A stretch of 64,000 nt of DNA from an uncultured Actinomycetota bacterium (GCA_963839345.1 CAWIUP010000003.1:448-64447), one strand, 5' to 3'. Counted from the first letter of the stretch, positions 39,333 through 49,004 are shown. Notes: generated by a model not told the origin, from the sequence alone. A program made the numbers and translations.

Positions 39333-40900
39333 CTATCGATCAACTGTCGCCCGCGGGTACCGAGGTTGTCGACGTGCGCAACCCCGCGACGGGTGAGCTC
39401 ATCGAAAGTGTCGCCGTGCAATCCGCCGAGGCGGTCGCCGCGGTCGTGGACGAACTGCGCGCCCATCAGTTGTCCTGGGAGGCGCTGGGGCCCACCGCGC
39501 GCGCAGTGTGGCTGCGAAGTCTGCGGAATTGGTTGTTGGACAACGAATCCCGGCTCGTCGATATAATTTCCGCCGAGACTGGTAAGCCTCGAGTCGAGGC
39601 CGCGTTCGAAGTCATGGTGACCTGCGACGCGATCAACTACTACGCCGACCGGGCCCGGAAGTACCTCGCCGAAAAGAAGTTCAGACCGCACGGTCCGCTC
39701 ACCTCCACCAAAAAGCTCACCAGCGTCTACCGGCCGTACCCGGTCGTTGGAGTGATCACGCCCTGGAACTTCCCGTTACTCATTCCCGGTGTGGACGCCG
39801 TCGCGGCGCTGCTGGCCGGCGCGTCCGTCCTCGTCAAGCCCTCAGAGGTCACTCCGCTGTCCGCGCAGGAACTCGCCCGTGGCTGGGAACAGATCGGTGC
39901 GCCACCGGTTCTCGCCTGTGTCACCGGTCTGGGCGCAACAGGCGCGGCGGTGGTGGACTCCGTTGACATGGTGCAGTTCACCGGTTCCACCAAGACCGGA
40001 CGGGCCATCGCCGCGCGGGCCGGCGAACGCTTGATTCCCTGCGGCGTCGAACTGGGCGGCAAGGACCCCGCCATCGTCCTGGCCGACGCCAATCTTTCGC
40101 GCGCCGCCAACGGCATCGCGTGGGCAGCACTGTTCAACTCGGGTCAGGCCTGCATCTCGGTGGAGCGCGTGTACGTCGAGGCACCGGTCTATGACCGGTT
40201 CGTCGCGCTGCTCACCGAGCGGGTACGGTCGATCAGGCAAGGCGTCGACAACGGTTCGTACTCAGCGGATGTCGGCGCTATGGTCACCGAGCAGCAGGTT
40301 GATATCGTGCGGAGCCACGTCCAGGATGCCGTCGCCCACGGGGCCACGATCGCGACCGGCGGAAAGACGACCGGGGGCTTCTTCGAGCCCACGATTCTTC
40401 TCGACGTCGATCATTCGATGGCCTGTATGCGGGACGAGACGTTCGGCCCGACGATCCCGGTGATGAAGGTGGCCGGCGAAGAAGAGGCGATCCGGCTGGC
40501 AAACGACTCCCAGTACGGACTGTCGGCAACCGTGTGGACCAAGGACATTGGTCGCGCAAAGGCCATCGCGCGACGGCTCGAGGTCGGCGCCGTGAACATC
40601 AACGACGCATTCTCGAACCTGTTCTGCTTCCCCTTGCCACATGGCGGCTGGAAAAGTTCCGGCCTCGGGTCCAGGCTGGGCGGCCCGCAGGGCATCCGCA
40701 AGTACTGCCGTCAGCAGGCCATAACGACACCTCGCGTGCCGAGGATGGAGAACCAATTGCTTTGGTACCCCTACTCGCATCTGCGAGGCCGCATCGTTAG
40801 CGCATTGCTGCGCCTGTTCGTGGCCCGCGACGTCAGGCGACGACTATGGCGCGCCGGCCGAAGCCACGGTCACGCGTCGCTTGTCTCCGGGCCAAAGTAG
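39329..40900 (+). CDS. Aldehyde dehydrogenase
   Basis: PWNFP, KPSEVTP, FTGST, ELGGKDP, NSGQACIS and ETFGP. Start GTG 39329. Confidence 0.94.
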   Translation: MTIDQLSPAGTEVVDVRNPATGELIESVAVQSAEAVAAVVDELRAHQLSWEALGPTARAVWLRSLRNWLLDNESRLVDIISAETGKPRVEAAFEVMVTCDAINYYADRARKYLAEKKFRPHGPLTSTKKLTSVYRPYPVVGVITPWNFPLLIPGVDAVAALLAGASVLVKPSEVTPLSAQELARGWEQIGAPPVLACVTGLGATGAAVVDSVDMVQFTGSTKTGRAIAARAGERLIPCGVELGGKDPAIVLADANLSRAANGIAWAALFNSGQACISVERVYVEAPVYDRFVALLTERVRSIRQGVDNGSYSADVGAMVTEQQVDIVRSHVQDAVAHGATIATGGKTTGGFFEPTILLDVDHSMACMRDETFGPTIPVMKVAGEEEAIRLANDSQYGLSATVWTKDIGRAKAIARRLEVGAVNINDAFSNLFCFPLPHGGWKSSGLGSRLGGPQGIRKYCRQQAITTPRVPRMENQLLWYPYSHLRGRIVSALLRLFVARDVRRRLWRAGRSHGHASLVSGPK

Positions 40901-41496
40901 AGATCGGGAATCCGCCGCCACGTTTCGAGCAGGCGCTTCTCCTCCGCGCTGCTATGGAATGGCTTGCTGGCCGCAGCTCCCAGCATCGAATTGATCACCA
41001 CTACGCAGAATTCGGGGAATCGTTTGTGGTCGGCGCGCCGCTCGCCGAGCACCGCCTTGCACAGGTCGACGTTCGCGCGCGACAACTCGCGTTCCAGGGG
41101 CTTCAGGTATTCGCGCATGTCGGGATCGTGTCGGGCAGCGATGAGCAACTCGAGTGAAGCTCCGCCCAAGGGGCCGGAGACGACCTGCCACAGCAGTGAA
41201 GCCCAGTCCTCGCCGTCGAGCGTCTCGGTGGCACGCAGCCGCGCCTCGCCGACCTTGGTCGCATACAGATGGCGTGCCGCCGCGCTGATGAGCTCGCCCC
41301 GGGAGCCGAAGTAGTGCAACAGGACCCCGCGAGAGACGCCGGCTTGCTTTTGGACCTCGAGCGTCGTCGTGGCCGCATAGCCACGCTCGATCAGGATCGA
41401 AACCGTTGCGTCAAGCAGTTTTCGTTCCGCGGCCTGACGACGTTCGCGCTGACTGATCCGGACAGGCTGGGCAGCGGTCGAACTCCTTGCAGCCAA
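40870..41496 (-). CDS. TetR/AcrR family transcriptional regulator
   Basis: LLDAT...GYAATTTLEVQKQAGVSRGVLLHYFGS HTH. TTG start with a GGAG RBS, divergent from the CoA transferase. Confidence 0.94.
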   Translation of the reverse strand: MAARSSTAAQPVRISQRERRQAAERKLLDATVSILIERGYAATTTLEVQKQAGVSRGVLLHYFGSRGELISAAARHLYATKVGEARLRATETLDGEDWASLLWQVVSGPLGGASLELLIAARHDPDMREYLKPLERELSRANVDLCKAVLGERRADHKRFPEFCVVVINSMLGAAASKPFHSSAEEKRLLETWRRIPDLYFGPETSDA

Positions 41497-41522
41497 GGTG
41501 AACTCCTAAGTTGTGGCGCAGA

Positions 41523-41574
41523 TTGACACAGTACCGAAAATACCGCTACCTTCAATACTAGTCAAGATTGACTA
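41523..41574 (+). promoter_or_regulatory. SigA-like promoter (TTGACA-N18-TACCTT) plus operator TAGTCA-AGAT-TGACTA (site 4) in the tetR/CoA-transferase gap
   Basis: -35 at 41523-41528, -10 at 41547-41552, operator with perfect half-sites at 41559-41574. Confidence 0.8.
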
Positions 41575-41577
41575 CTA

Positions 41578-42699
41578 TTGTCGTGCGGAGTGGAGACGGA
41601 CGTGTCGAGTGGCCCTTTGTCCGGTGTGAAGGTTCTCGAAATAGCCGGCATCGGGCCGGGACCCTTCTGCGGAATGCTGCTCGCAGATCTGGGCGCCGAC
41701 GTGGTGCGTGTCGACCGACCGGGGGGCGGGGGCATGCAACTAGTGCCATGGGCCGACGACCTGCTCAACCGCGGGAAACGCTCGATTGCCGTCGATCTCG
41801 CGAAACCCGACGGCGCCGAGACGGTGCTGTCACTGGTCGAGCACGCCAGCATATTGTTCGAGGGATTCCGTCCCGGGGTTGCCGAACGGCTGGGCATCGG
41901 ACCCGAGCCCTGCCTGCTGCGCCGCCCCCAATTGGTCTACGGCCGCATGACCGGATGGGGTCAGGACGGCCCGATCGCACATACCGCCGGACACGACATC
42001 ACCTACATCGCACCCACCGGAGCGCTGCACGCGATCGGGCAGGCCGGTGGCCCCCCGCAGATCCCGCTCAACCTCGTCGGCGACTTCGCCGGCGGAAGCA
42101 TGTACCTGCTGGTCGGCATGCTGGCCGCCCTCGACGAGGCCCGACGAAGCGGCCGTGGCCAGGTGGTCGACGCGGCGATCGTCGATGGCACAGCGCATCT
42201 GATGACCATGATCTACAGCTGCTACGCGGCGGGAGTCTGGTCCGATCAACGCGGCACCAACCTCGGCGACGGCGGTTCGCCGTTTTACGGCGTCTATCAG
42301 ACCTCCGATGCGAAGTACATGGCCGTCGGGGCGCTCGAACCGCAGTTCTACGCCGAGTTCCTGCGCCTGCTCGAAATCCCGTCGGATCCCGCCGCGCAGT
42401 TCGACCGCGACGCTTGGCCGCAGCTGGGGGCCAAGATCAGCGCCGCCTTCGCCGAACGCCCTCAACACGAGTGGGCAAAGATATTCAGTGACAGCGACGC
42501 TTGCGTGGCACCCGTACTCGGCATGTCCGTTGCGCCGGACCATCCGCAATTGGCCGCCCGCAATACCTTTTTCGTCGGCAATGGCATAACCCAGCCATCC
42601 CCGGCACCCCGGTTCTCGCGCACTCCGGCAGTCGTCGACGGCCCGCCATGCGTGCCTGGCCAGCACACCGACGAAGTGCTCGCTGACTGGCTGAACTGA
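41578..42699 (+). CDS. CaiB/BaiF CoA-transferase family protein, alpha-methylacyl-CoA racemase (Mcr)-like
   Basis: LEIAGIGPGPF, VRVDRP, EGFRPGV, GHDITY and NLVGDFAGGS. The start may be a downstream GTG. Confidence 0.92.
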   Translation: MSCGVETDVSSGPLSGVKVLEIAGIGPGPFCGMLLADLGADVVRVDRPGGGGMQLVPWADDLLNRGKRSIAVDLAKPDGAETVLSLVEHASILFEGFRPGVAERLGIGPEPCLLRRPQLVYGRMTGWGQDGPIAHTAGHDITYIAPTGALHAIGQAGGPPQIPLNLVGDFAGGSMYLLVGMLAALDEARRSGRGQVVDAAIVDGTAHLMTMIYSCYAAGVWSDQRGTNLGDGGSPFYGVYQTSDAKYMAVGALEPQFYAEFLRLLEIPSDPAAQFDRDAWPQLGAKISAAFAERPQHEWAKIFSDSDACVAPVLGMSVAPDHPQLAARNTFFVGNGITQPSPAPRFSRTPAVVDGPPCVPGQHTDEVLADWLN

Positions 42700-42734
42700 A
42701 CATTGACCGGCAGCGGTCCTGCGAATGGCCAAAC

Positions 42735-42750
42735 CAGTCATAGATGACTA
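42735..42750. promoter_or_regulatory. Orphan operator CAGTCA-TAGA-TGACTA (site 5) between two convergent stops
   Basis: Same palindrome and AAAC/TTTT flanks as sites 1-4, with a TTGACC at 42703. Confidence 0.65.
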
Positions 42751-42782
42751 TTTTTGGCTGGCTTGCCGGCGGCGGTGGCCAC

Positions 42783-45707
42783 TCATCGATAGTGGCCGTC
42801 AGTGAGGTCGTGGTACCAGGTCGATTCCCCCGGCGTTGGCAGCCCGGCCGCTCGCAGCGCGGTCGACAGTGGGCGGTAAGAGGGCGTGAGCGGTATGCGG
42901 TCAATAATGTGGACGATGGCGGGACGCTGGTCCCGGGGAAGGCCACTCAACGCGGTGGTCAGGCTAGCCGCGGTGAGGACACCGTCTTTGCCAAGTGTCA
43001 CGGCCGCGACCGCGACGTCGTGCTCGTCGGTCGTCACGGGATAGACCACTGCCAGGTCGATCGCGGTGATCTCGCCGAGGGCATCGCAAATCGGCTGGCA
43101 GAAGACCGGTCCGCGCACCGACTGAATCACGGTGTTCCTGTTGTCGACGAACCAATAGTCACCGTCGCTGTCGCGGCGAAACAGGTGGTCCGTGGTGATC
43201 CAGGTGTCTCCCCCGGCGAATACCCCCCGCATCGACACGCGTGCGGCGTCAAGTCCGTTGCGCGGCTTCGCGAGCAGCACGCCCACCTCGTCGTCCGCGC
43301 AGGGGCGCACGAAACCGTGGTCATCTTCGATGAACCGGCCCGTCGCGGCGTCGTAGGCGCCGAGCCGAATCTCAGCGCTGCCCGGCAGCGGCCGACCCTT
43401 GGCCCCGGTCTTCGTCCCGGCCACGTTGGCCAGCACCGCGTCCCCCTCGGTGGAGGCGTAGAATTCCAGCACTCGGGCCGGGGCGAATCGGTCGATGACC
43501 TTGTGCCACAGCCCGATCGGCATTCCGGCTCCGATGAACAGCCGGATCGGATGGTGTTCCTGAAGCTCGGGCGACGTCGCCTCCACCAGTTCGCTCAGCA
43601 TGGCCCAGGTATAGGACACCACCGTGACCCCGTAACGGTGGACCTCGTCGGCGAACTCGGTTGGATGGACACCCCGGGTCAAGGCGATGCGCGACCCGCC
43701 GGCGACCGCACCGCCGAGGCTAACCATCAGACCCGACGGATGGTGCAGCGGGGTCAGACAATAGATCGTGTCACCACGGCCGAGCGCGGCGGCTGTGGCC
43801 GTGCCGTAGGCCGACAGCGCCCACCGATGATTGGTGACCTCCTTGACCACCCGGCGTCCTCCCGTCGTGCTGAAGAACACGAACGCGAGATCACGTGCCC
43901 GGCCGGGGTTCGGGCGATACCACTGCGGCAGCGCACCGGACAGGTCGAGGCGGTCCAGCTCCACGTACCGGTCTGACTCCGTTCGGCCTAGGTCTGCGGT
44001 GGGGTCGTGCCCGAGGACGAGCACCCGGGCGCCGGTCGCAGCGGCCGCAGCGAGATGATTTGGGTCCGTGACGATTTCGGCGACCTCGCACAGCTGGACG
44101 GCGGCGGCGAGGTCATCATCTGGGGGTAGCAGCACCGCCACCGCGCCGAGCCGCGACAGCGCCGCGATCGCGGCCACGGCGCTGGGGCTGGTGTCCATCA
44201 ACACACCGACCTGGGCTCCCTGACGGATACCGACGGCGATGAGGCCGCGTACCGCGTCGTCGATGCGGTGATCTGCCGCCGCGTTGGTGTGGACTCGATC
44301 CTCGAAAAGGAAGCATTCCTCCTCGGGTGCTCTGTTCGCCTGTTCGGCCATCAAGGCGCCCAACGACACCCGGGTATGGGGCTGCAGCTGCCCGAGGCGG
44401 GCGAGCCGTGGCACCGTACGCACGGCCTCCCCGGCGATCCCCCTGCCGCTGCGCGCCGCCCCCATGGCGGCGTCGGCCAACCCCAGGCTCACGGCGATGC
44501 CCAGTTCGGCCAGCGCACCCGCCGAGTGACCGATACGCGATGACAGCCCTACGGCGCCATCGATCCCGACGCCGGGGTCGGCCTCCATCGCATGCACGCC
44601 TTCCGGCCTGGGCCCTTGACCTTCTTGCCACAGCACCCATTTACCGACGGCGGGCCACGTGTGCGCGGCGGCGGTCGATCCGACAACGAGCCCGAAGTGA
44701 CCTGCCCCCAATAGCACCTCGGACACCTCTGCGCGGGGGGCGGCCCGCCGGATTCCTCGCACAGACGCGGGTTGGCCGATGTCGTCGATCTCGCCGACGA
44801 ACGCAAGGACCGGACAAGTGATTTCGGCGAGCGTGATCAACGTGCCATCGATCACGGCGCCGCCGGCCATCATGCGGTTATGGACCACGAACTGCCGTAA
44901 CAGTTCAGCGACCGCGGGACCCGACCATGCCACCCAGCCCTCCACCTCGAGGAAGCGGCGTTGCTGTTCCCTGGGCAGCAACGCCTCTCGGTCATGAAGT
45001 TGCCGTAGGAAGTCCCACCTCGCCCGGACCGTCTTGATCGGGTCCAGAAGTTGAAACCCGGTGCGGGCCATCCATCCGGACACCGAGAGACGGTTGAAAA
45101 CGTGATCGGCGATCAGCTGGGCGCCGCGGCCCGCCAAGGCCGCGGGAATTCCGAACGGCAGACCGCTGAGCGAATCGACGGCGGCGCCGAATGTGATGAC
45201 GCTGGCCAGACCTTCGGAACGTCGGTAAGCCGCGGTTTGATAACAGAACATGCCGCCCTGCGAGTAGCCCGCCAAATGCACCTTGCGGCCGGTGTGTGCG
45301 TGTACCGAGTCGACGACCCGGCTCAGCGCGACGACATGGTCGCTCAACGTGCGTTCGAGCCCGCCGGTCTCCCGGTCTGGTGAGCCGAAGTCCACCACCC
45401 ATGGGTCCACACCGAGGTCATGCAGAATTCCGACCGCACCCTGGTCTCTGGTGACGTCGAACACGTTGGCCGACATCATCATCGGCGGCACAAGTATTAC
45501 CGGCGGCCGTGACGGATCATTCGCGCGCTCGGGGAAGTACCGTCGCAGCCGGTACATGTCGCACCGTTCCACGACTTGAAACGGCGACGGAAGGGATCCG
45601 GTCTTAAAGCCACCGAACCGCAGCACCTCGACACCGTTCTGCATGGTCGCGATGACCCGGCTGACGGGACCGGAAATCAGGTCGCTACCCCAGGTCACCG
45701 GTACCAC
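42783..45707 (-). CDS. Rv1683-like bifunctional alpha/beta-hydrolase/acyl-CoA synthetase (copy 2, intact)
   Basis: MQNGVEVLRFGG, PPMMMSA, GYSQGGMFCYQ, LRQLHDREALLPREQQRRF and GHFGLVVG, followed by an AMP-binding domain. Confidence 0.92.
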   Translation of the reverse strand: MVPVTWGSDLISGPVSRVIATMQNGVEVLRFGGFKTGSLPSPFQVVERCDMYRLRRYFPERANDPSRPPVILVPPMMMSANVFDVTRDQGAVGILHDLGVDPWVVDFGSPDRETGGLERTLSDHVVALSRVVDSVHAHTGRKVHLAGYSQGGMFCYQTAAYRRSEGLASVITFGAAVDSLSGLPFGIPAALAGRGAQLIADHVFNRLSVSGWMARTGFQLLDPIKTVRARWDFLRQLHDREALLPREQQRRFLEVEGWVAWSGPAVAELLRQFVVHNRMMAGGAVIDGTLITLAEITCPVLAFVGEIDDIGQPASVRGIRRAAPRAEVSEVLLGAGHFGLVVGSTAAAHTWPAVGKWVLWQEGQGPRPEGVHAMEADPGVGIDGAVGLSSRIGHSAGALAELGIAVSLGLADAAMGAARSGRGIAGEAVRTVPRLARLGQLQPHTRVSLGALMAEQANRAPEEECFLFEDRVHTNAAADHRIDDAVRGLIAVGIRQGAQVGVLMDTSPSAVAAIAALSRLGAVAVLLPPDDDLAAAVQLCEVAEIVTDPNHLAAAAATGARVLVLGHDPTADLGRTESDRYVELDRLDLSGALPQWYRPNPGRARDLAFVFFSTTGGRRVVKEVTNHRWALSAYGTATAAALGRGDTIYCLTPLHHPSGLMVSLGGAVAGGSRIALTRGVHPTEFADEVHRYGVTVVSYTWAMLSELVEATSPELQEHHPIRLFIGAGMPIGLWHKVIDRFAPARVLEFYASTEGDAVLANVAGTKTGAKGRPLPGSAEIRLGAYDAATGRFIEDDHGFVRPCADDEVGVLLAKPRNGLDAARVSMRGVFAGGDTWITTDHLFRRDSDGDYWFVDNRNTVIQSVRGPVFCQPICDALGEITAIDLAVVYPVTTDEHDVAVAAVTLGKDGVLTAASLTTALSGLPRDQRPAIVHIIDRIPLTPSYRPLSTALRAAGLPTPGESTWYHDLTDGHYR

Positions 45708-45802
45708 AACGTCATGAATACGACACTACGCGCAGCGAGGGCACCGCGGTGGCAAGCCGATCCCGGGACAAGTGGCCGAGTGCCGTTGGCGATACTAGAC
45801 CG

Positions 45803-46696
45803 ATGCCGAGCACAGAGTTCCACCCCGACCTCCGTAAAGTTGCCCGCTTCGCCCCCCGGGCACTGGTCGGCCCGCGCAGTCTGCGGCTCGTCCGGGCGCT
45901 CAGCGGCCTGCGACGCAGCAGGACCGCGGACGGCGTCGAGGTGCTCACCTTGGGCTCCGGCGCGGGTGTGCGACTGCACCGCCCGGTTGGCGTCAGCCAA
46001 CCCACAGCCGCGTTGCTGTGGATTCACGGCGGCGGTTATGTAATGGGCAGCGCGCAGCAAGATGACGCGCTGTGCCATCGCTTCTCCCGCGAGTTGGGCA
46101 TCACCGTCGCGTCAGTGGACTACCGGCTGGCGCCCGAGCATCCGTATCCCGCACCGCTGGATGACTGCTATTCGGCGCTGACCTGGCTGGCCGGTCTGCC
46201 CGCGGTCGAACCGGCCCGGGTGGCGATCGGCGGGGCCAGTGCGGGCGGCGGGCTGGCAGCGGCGCTGGCGCTGCTGGCCCGCGACCGTGGCGAGATCAGC
46301 CCGGTGCTGCAGTTGTTGGCCTACCCGATGCTTGACGACCGCAGCGCCGCGGGGCCGAGGAGCCCGAACTACCGACTGTGGAGCCCGAAAAGCAATCGCT
46401 TCGGCTGGGCGTCCTACCTTGGCAATGCTGACCCGAAGGTCGCCGTTCCGGCGCGCCGCGATGACCTGAGCGGGCTGGCGCCGGCGTGGATCGGTGTCGG
46501 CACCCACGACCTGTTCCACGCCGAGGACCTGGCCTACGCCGAGCGTCTGATCGCGGCCGGCGTACCGTGCCACGTCGAGGTGATCCCCGGGGCCTTCCAT
46601 GGTTTTGATCTGGTGGTGCCGAAAGCTGCTGTATCACAATCGTTTTTCGACAGCCAGTGCGCCAGCCTGCGCACCGCCCTCGCTCCGGAAGGCTGA
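45803..46696 (+). CDS. lipW: HSL-family esterase LipW (Rv0217c-like)
   Basis: FHPDLR, WIHGGGYVMG, GGASAGGG, YPMLDDR and GAFHGFD; also in the expected syntenic position near the Rv0216-like gene. Confidence 0.85.
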   Translation: MPSTEFHPDLRKVARFAPRALVGPRSLRLVRALSGLRRSRTADGVEVLTLGSGAGVRLHRPVGVSQPTAALLWIHGGGYVMGSAQQDDALCHRFSRELGITVASVDYRLAPEHPYPAPLDDCYSALTWLAGLPAVEPARVAIGGASAGGGLAAALALLARDRGEISPVLQLLAYPMLDDRSAAGPRSPNYRLWSPKSNRFGWASYLGNADPKVAVPARRDDLSGLAPAWIGVGTHDLFHAEDLAYAERLIAAGVPCHVEVIPGAFHGFDLVVPKAAVSQSFFDSQCASLRTALAPEG

Positions 46697-46705
46697 TCGG
46701 CGGCC

Positions 46706-47830
46706 ATGCGCACCAGCGCACCGTTCTCGGTCAGCGAAGAGCAGCGGGCGCTGCGCAGCGCGGTCGCCGACTTGATGGCGCGACATTCCGGCGAAGCGCA
46801 GGTGCGGACGCTGATGACGACCGACACCGGCCTCGACCGGCAGGTCTGGCGCGACCTGGCGGCCATGGGTCTGACCGGCTTGCTGATCGGCGAGGAGTAC
46901 GGCGGCGCGGGTGCGGGCCCAGTGGAGATGGGCATCGCGATGGAAGAGATGGGCCGGGCCTTGCTGGTCAGCCCGTTTCTGTCAACGGCGGTGCTGGTGC
47001 CCAGCCTGCTGGCCGAGACCGGCGACGCCGCCGAATGCGCCGCGGTGCTGCCGCGGATCGCGGCAGGCGACCTGATCGCCAGTGTTGCCTTCGCCGAGGA
47101 GGACTCTGCTCGGTTGCCGGCGACGATCGCCACCTCCGCAGGTGCCATCGGTGACGCCTGGCACGTCACCGGAAACAAGCATTTCGTGCTCGACGGGCTA
47201 TCGGCGGGCCTGCTGTACGTGCTGGCCGGAACTGATTCGGGGCCAGCGGTTTTCGCGGTCGATGCCGGCGCTGCCGGCCTGGATGTGACACCGCTGACCA
47301 CGGTGGACCCGACGCGCAAGCAGTGCCGCCTGCAATTCGTCGATACGCCGGCGCGGCTGGTGGGACGGCTTGGCACCGGCGTCGAGGTGTTCACTGCAGC
47401 GCTGGACCGCGCGGCGGCGGCATTGATCAGCGAGCAGGCCGGCGGTGCGCGGCGCGCCGTCGAGATGGCCACCGAGTACGCCAAGACCCGCTACCAGTTC
47501 GGCCGAGCGATCGGCAGCTTCCAAGCGGTCAAGCACATGTGCGCCGACATGCTGCTGGAGGCCGAGTCGGCGGTGTCGGCGGCGCGCTTCGTTGCCGGGT
47601 CCTTCGCCGAACAAGCACCCTCGCGTATCGCGGATCTTGCGCTGGCGCAGGCGTATTGCTCAGATGCGTTCGTCTTTGTCGCGGCGACCAACATTCAGGT
47701 GCACGGCGGCATCGGGTTCACCTGGGAGCATCCGGCACACCTGTATCTGCGTCGGGCCCGCAGCGACGCGCAGTTGCTCGGCAGCCCGTCCTGGCACCGG
47801 GAACGCTACCTGCGGCAGATCGGAGCCTAG
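46706..47830 (+). CDS. Acyl-CoA dehydrogenase-like subunit (probable non-catalytic partner of a heteromeric FadE pair)
   Basis: EEMGRAL..PFLST, QFGRAIGSFQAVKH and QVHGGIGFTWEHPAHLYLRRA; the first gene of an adjacent pair. Confidence 0.9.
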   Translation: MRTSAPFSVSEEQRALRSAVADLMARHSGEAQVRTLMTTDTGLDRQVWRDLAAMGLTGLLIGEEYGGAGAGPVEMGIAMEEMGRALLVSPFLSTAVLVPSLLAETGDAAECAAVLPRIAAGDLIASVAFAEEDSARLPATIATSAGAIGDAWHVTGNKHFVLDGLSAGLLYVLAGTDSGPAVFAVDAGAAGLDVTPLTTVDPTRKQCRLQFVDTPARLVGRLGTGVEVFTAALDRAAAALISEQAGGARRAVEMATEYAKTRYQFGRAIGSFQAVKHMCADMLLEAESAVSAARFVAGSFAEQAPSRIADLALAQAYCSDAFVFVAATNIQVHGGIGFTWEHPAHLYLRRARSDAQLLGSPSWHRERYLRQIGA

Positions 47831-47832
47831 CG

Positions 47833-49004
47833 ATGACTCGACCCTTGACTGATGACGAAGTGCGCGACGAGGTCCGCAAGTGGTTGGCGGACAACTGGAA
47901 CCCCGCAATCGACCGCGCCAGCTGGGCACAGGTTGTCGTCGACGCCGGATGGGCGGTTCCCAGTTGGGAGCCCGAATGGTATGGCCGCGGCCTGTCGGAA
48001 GCCCAATCCCGGCTCGTTGCTGCTGAATTCGCCGCAGCTGGCGCGTCCGGCTGCGGTCACGACCGCGCGAACCTATTCGCCTGCACTCTGCACGAAGTCG
48101 GAACCGACGAGCAGAAGCGGCGGCTGATCCCGCCGTCGATACGCGGCGAGACCAAGTGGTGCCTGCTCTACAGCGAGCCGGGCGCGGATCGGACCTCGCC
48201 GGCCTGCGCACCCGGGCCGAGCGCGACGGTGACGAGTGGGTGATCAACGGGCAGAAGGTATGGACGTCGTACGCCAAAACCGCCGACTACGGCATGCTGG
48301 TGGCCCGGACCGACTGGGACGTCCCCAAACACCAGGGCATCAGCTTCTTCATGTTGCCGATGCGTCAGCCCGGCGTCGAGATCCGGCCGATCCACCAGAT
48401 CACCGGCGAATCGGAGTTCAACGAGGTCTTCATCCAAGATGCGCGCCTTCCCGCCGAGAACTTGGTCGGCGAACTGAACGCCGGGTGGTCGGTGCTGCAG
48501 ATCGCCCTGGGCTACGAGCGGCGCTTCATGGGCGATCTGGCCCGCACCGCCAAGGACAACAAGCGGCCGCGGGCCGAAAAGGCCAACGTTCTCCTCGATT
48601 TGGCGCGGGAAACCGGCCAGCTGGACAACCCCTATATTCGTCAGCAGATTGCCCGGGTGGACGCGCTGGCCACAGTCAACCGCTGGAACACGCAGCGTTC
48701 GAAAGCTGCTACCGATCGTGGCGAGGCGGCGACACTGATGGCGCTCGGCAAGATCGCGATGTCACGAATCCTGCACGAGACTGCCCGCGTCGAAACCGAA
48801 ATCGCCGGCGCGCAAGCTTTGTTGGCCGGGCCGGAGAATCCGATTGGCGACGCGGTCACATTCCGGACGATGAATGCCTACTTCACCTCGATCGGTGGTG
48901 GGACCGATCAGATACAACGCAATATTGTCGGCGAGCGTGTGCTCGGCTTGCCGAAAGAACCAGAGCCGTACCGCAATACACCGTTCCGCGATCTCCCGCA
49001 CTGA
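47833..49004 (+). pseudogene. Acyl-CoA dehydrogenase (catalytic partner), frameshifted at 48186-48187
   Basis: WCLLYSEPGA breaks and resumes as GSDLAGLRTRAERDGDEWVINGQKVWTS...EFNEVF...IGGGTDQIQRNIVGERVLGLP. One extra G restores the frame. Confidence 0.85.
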
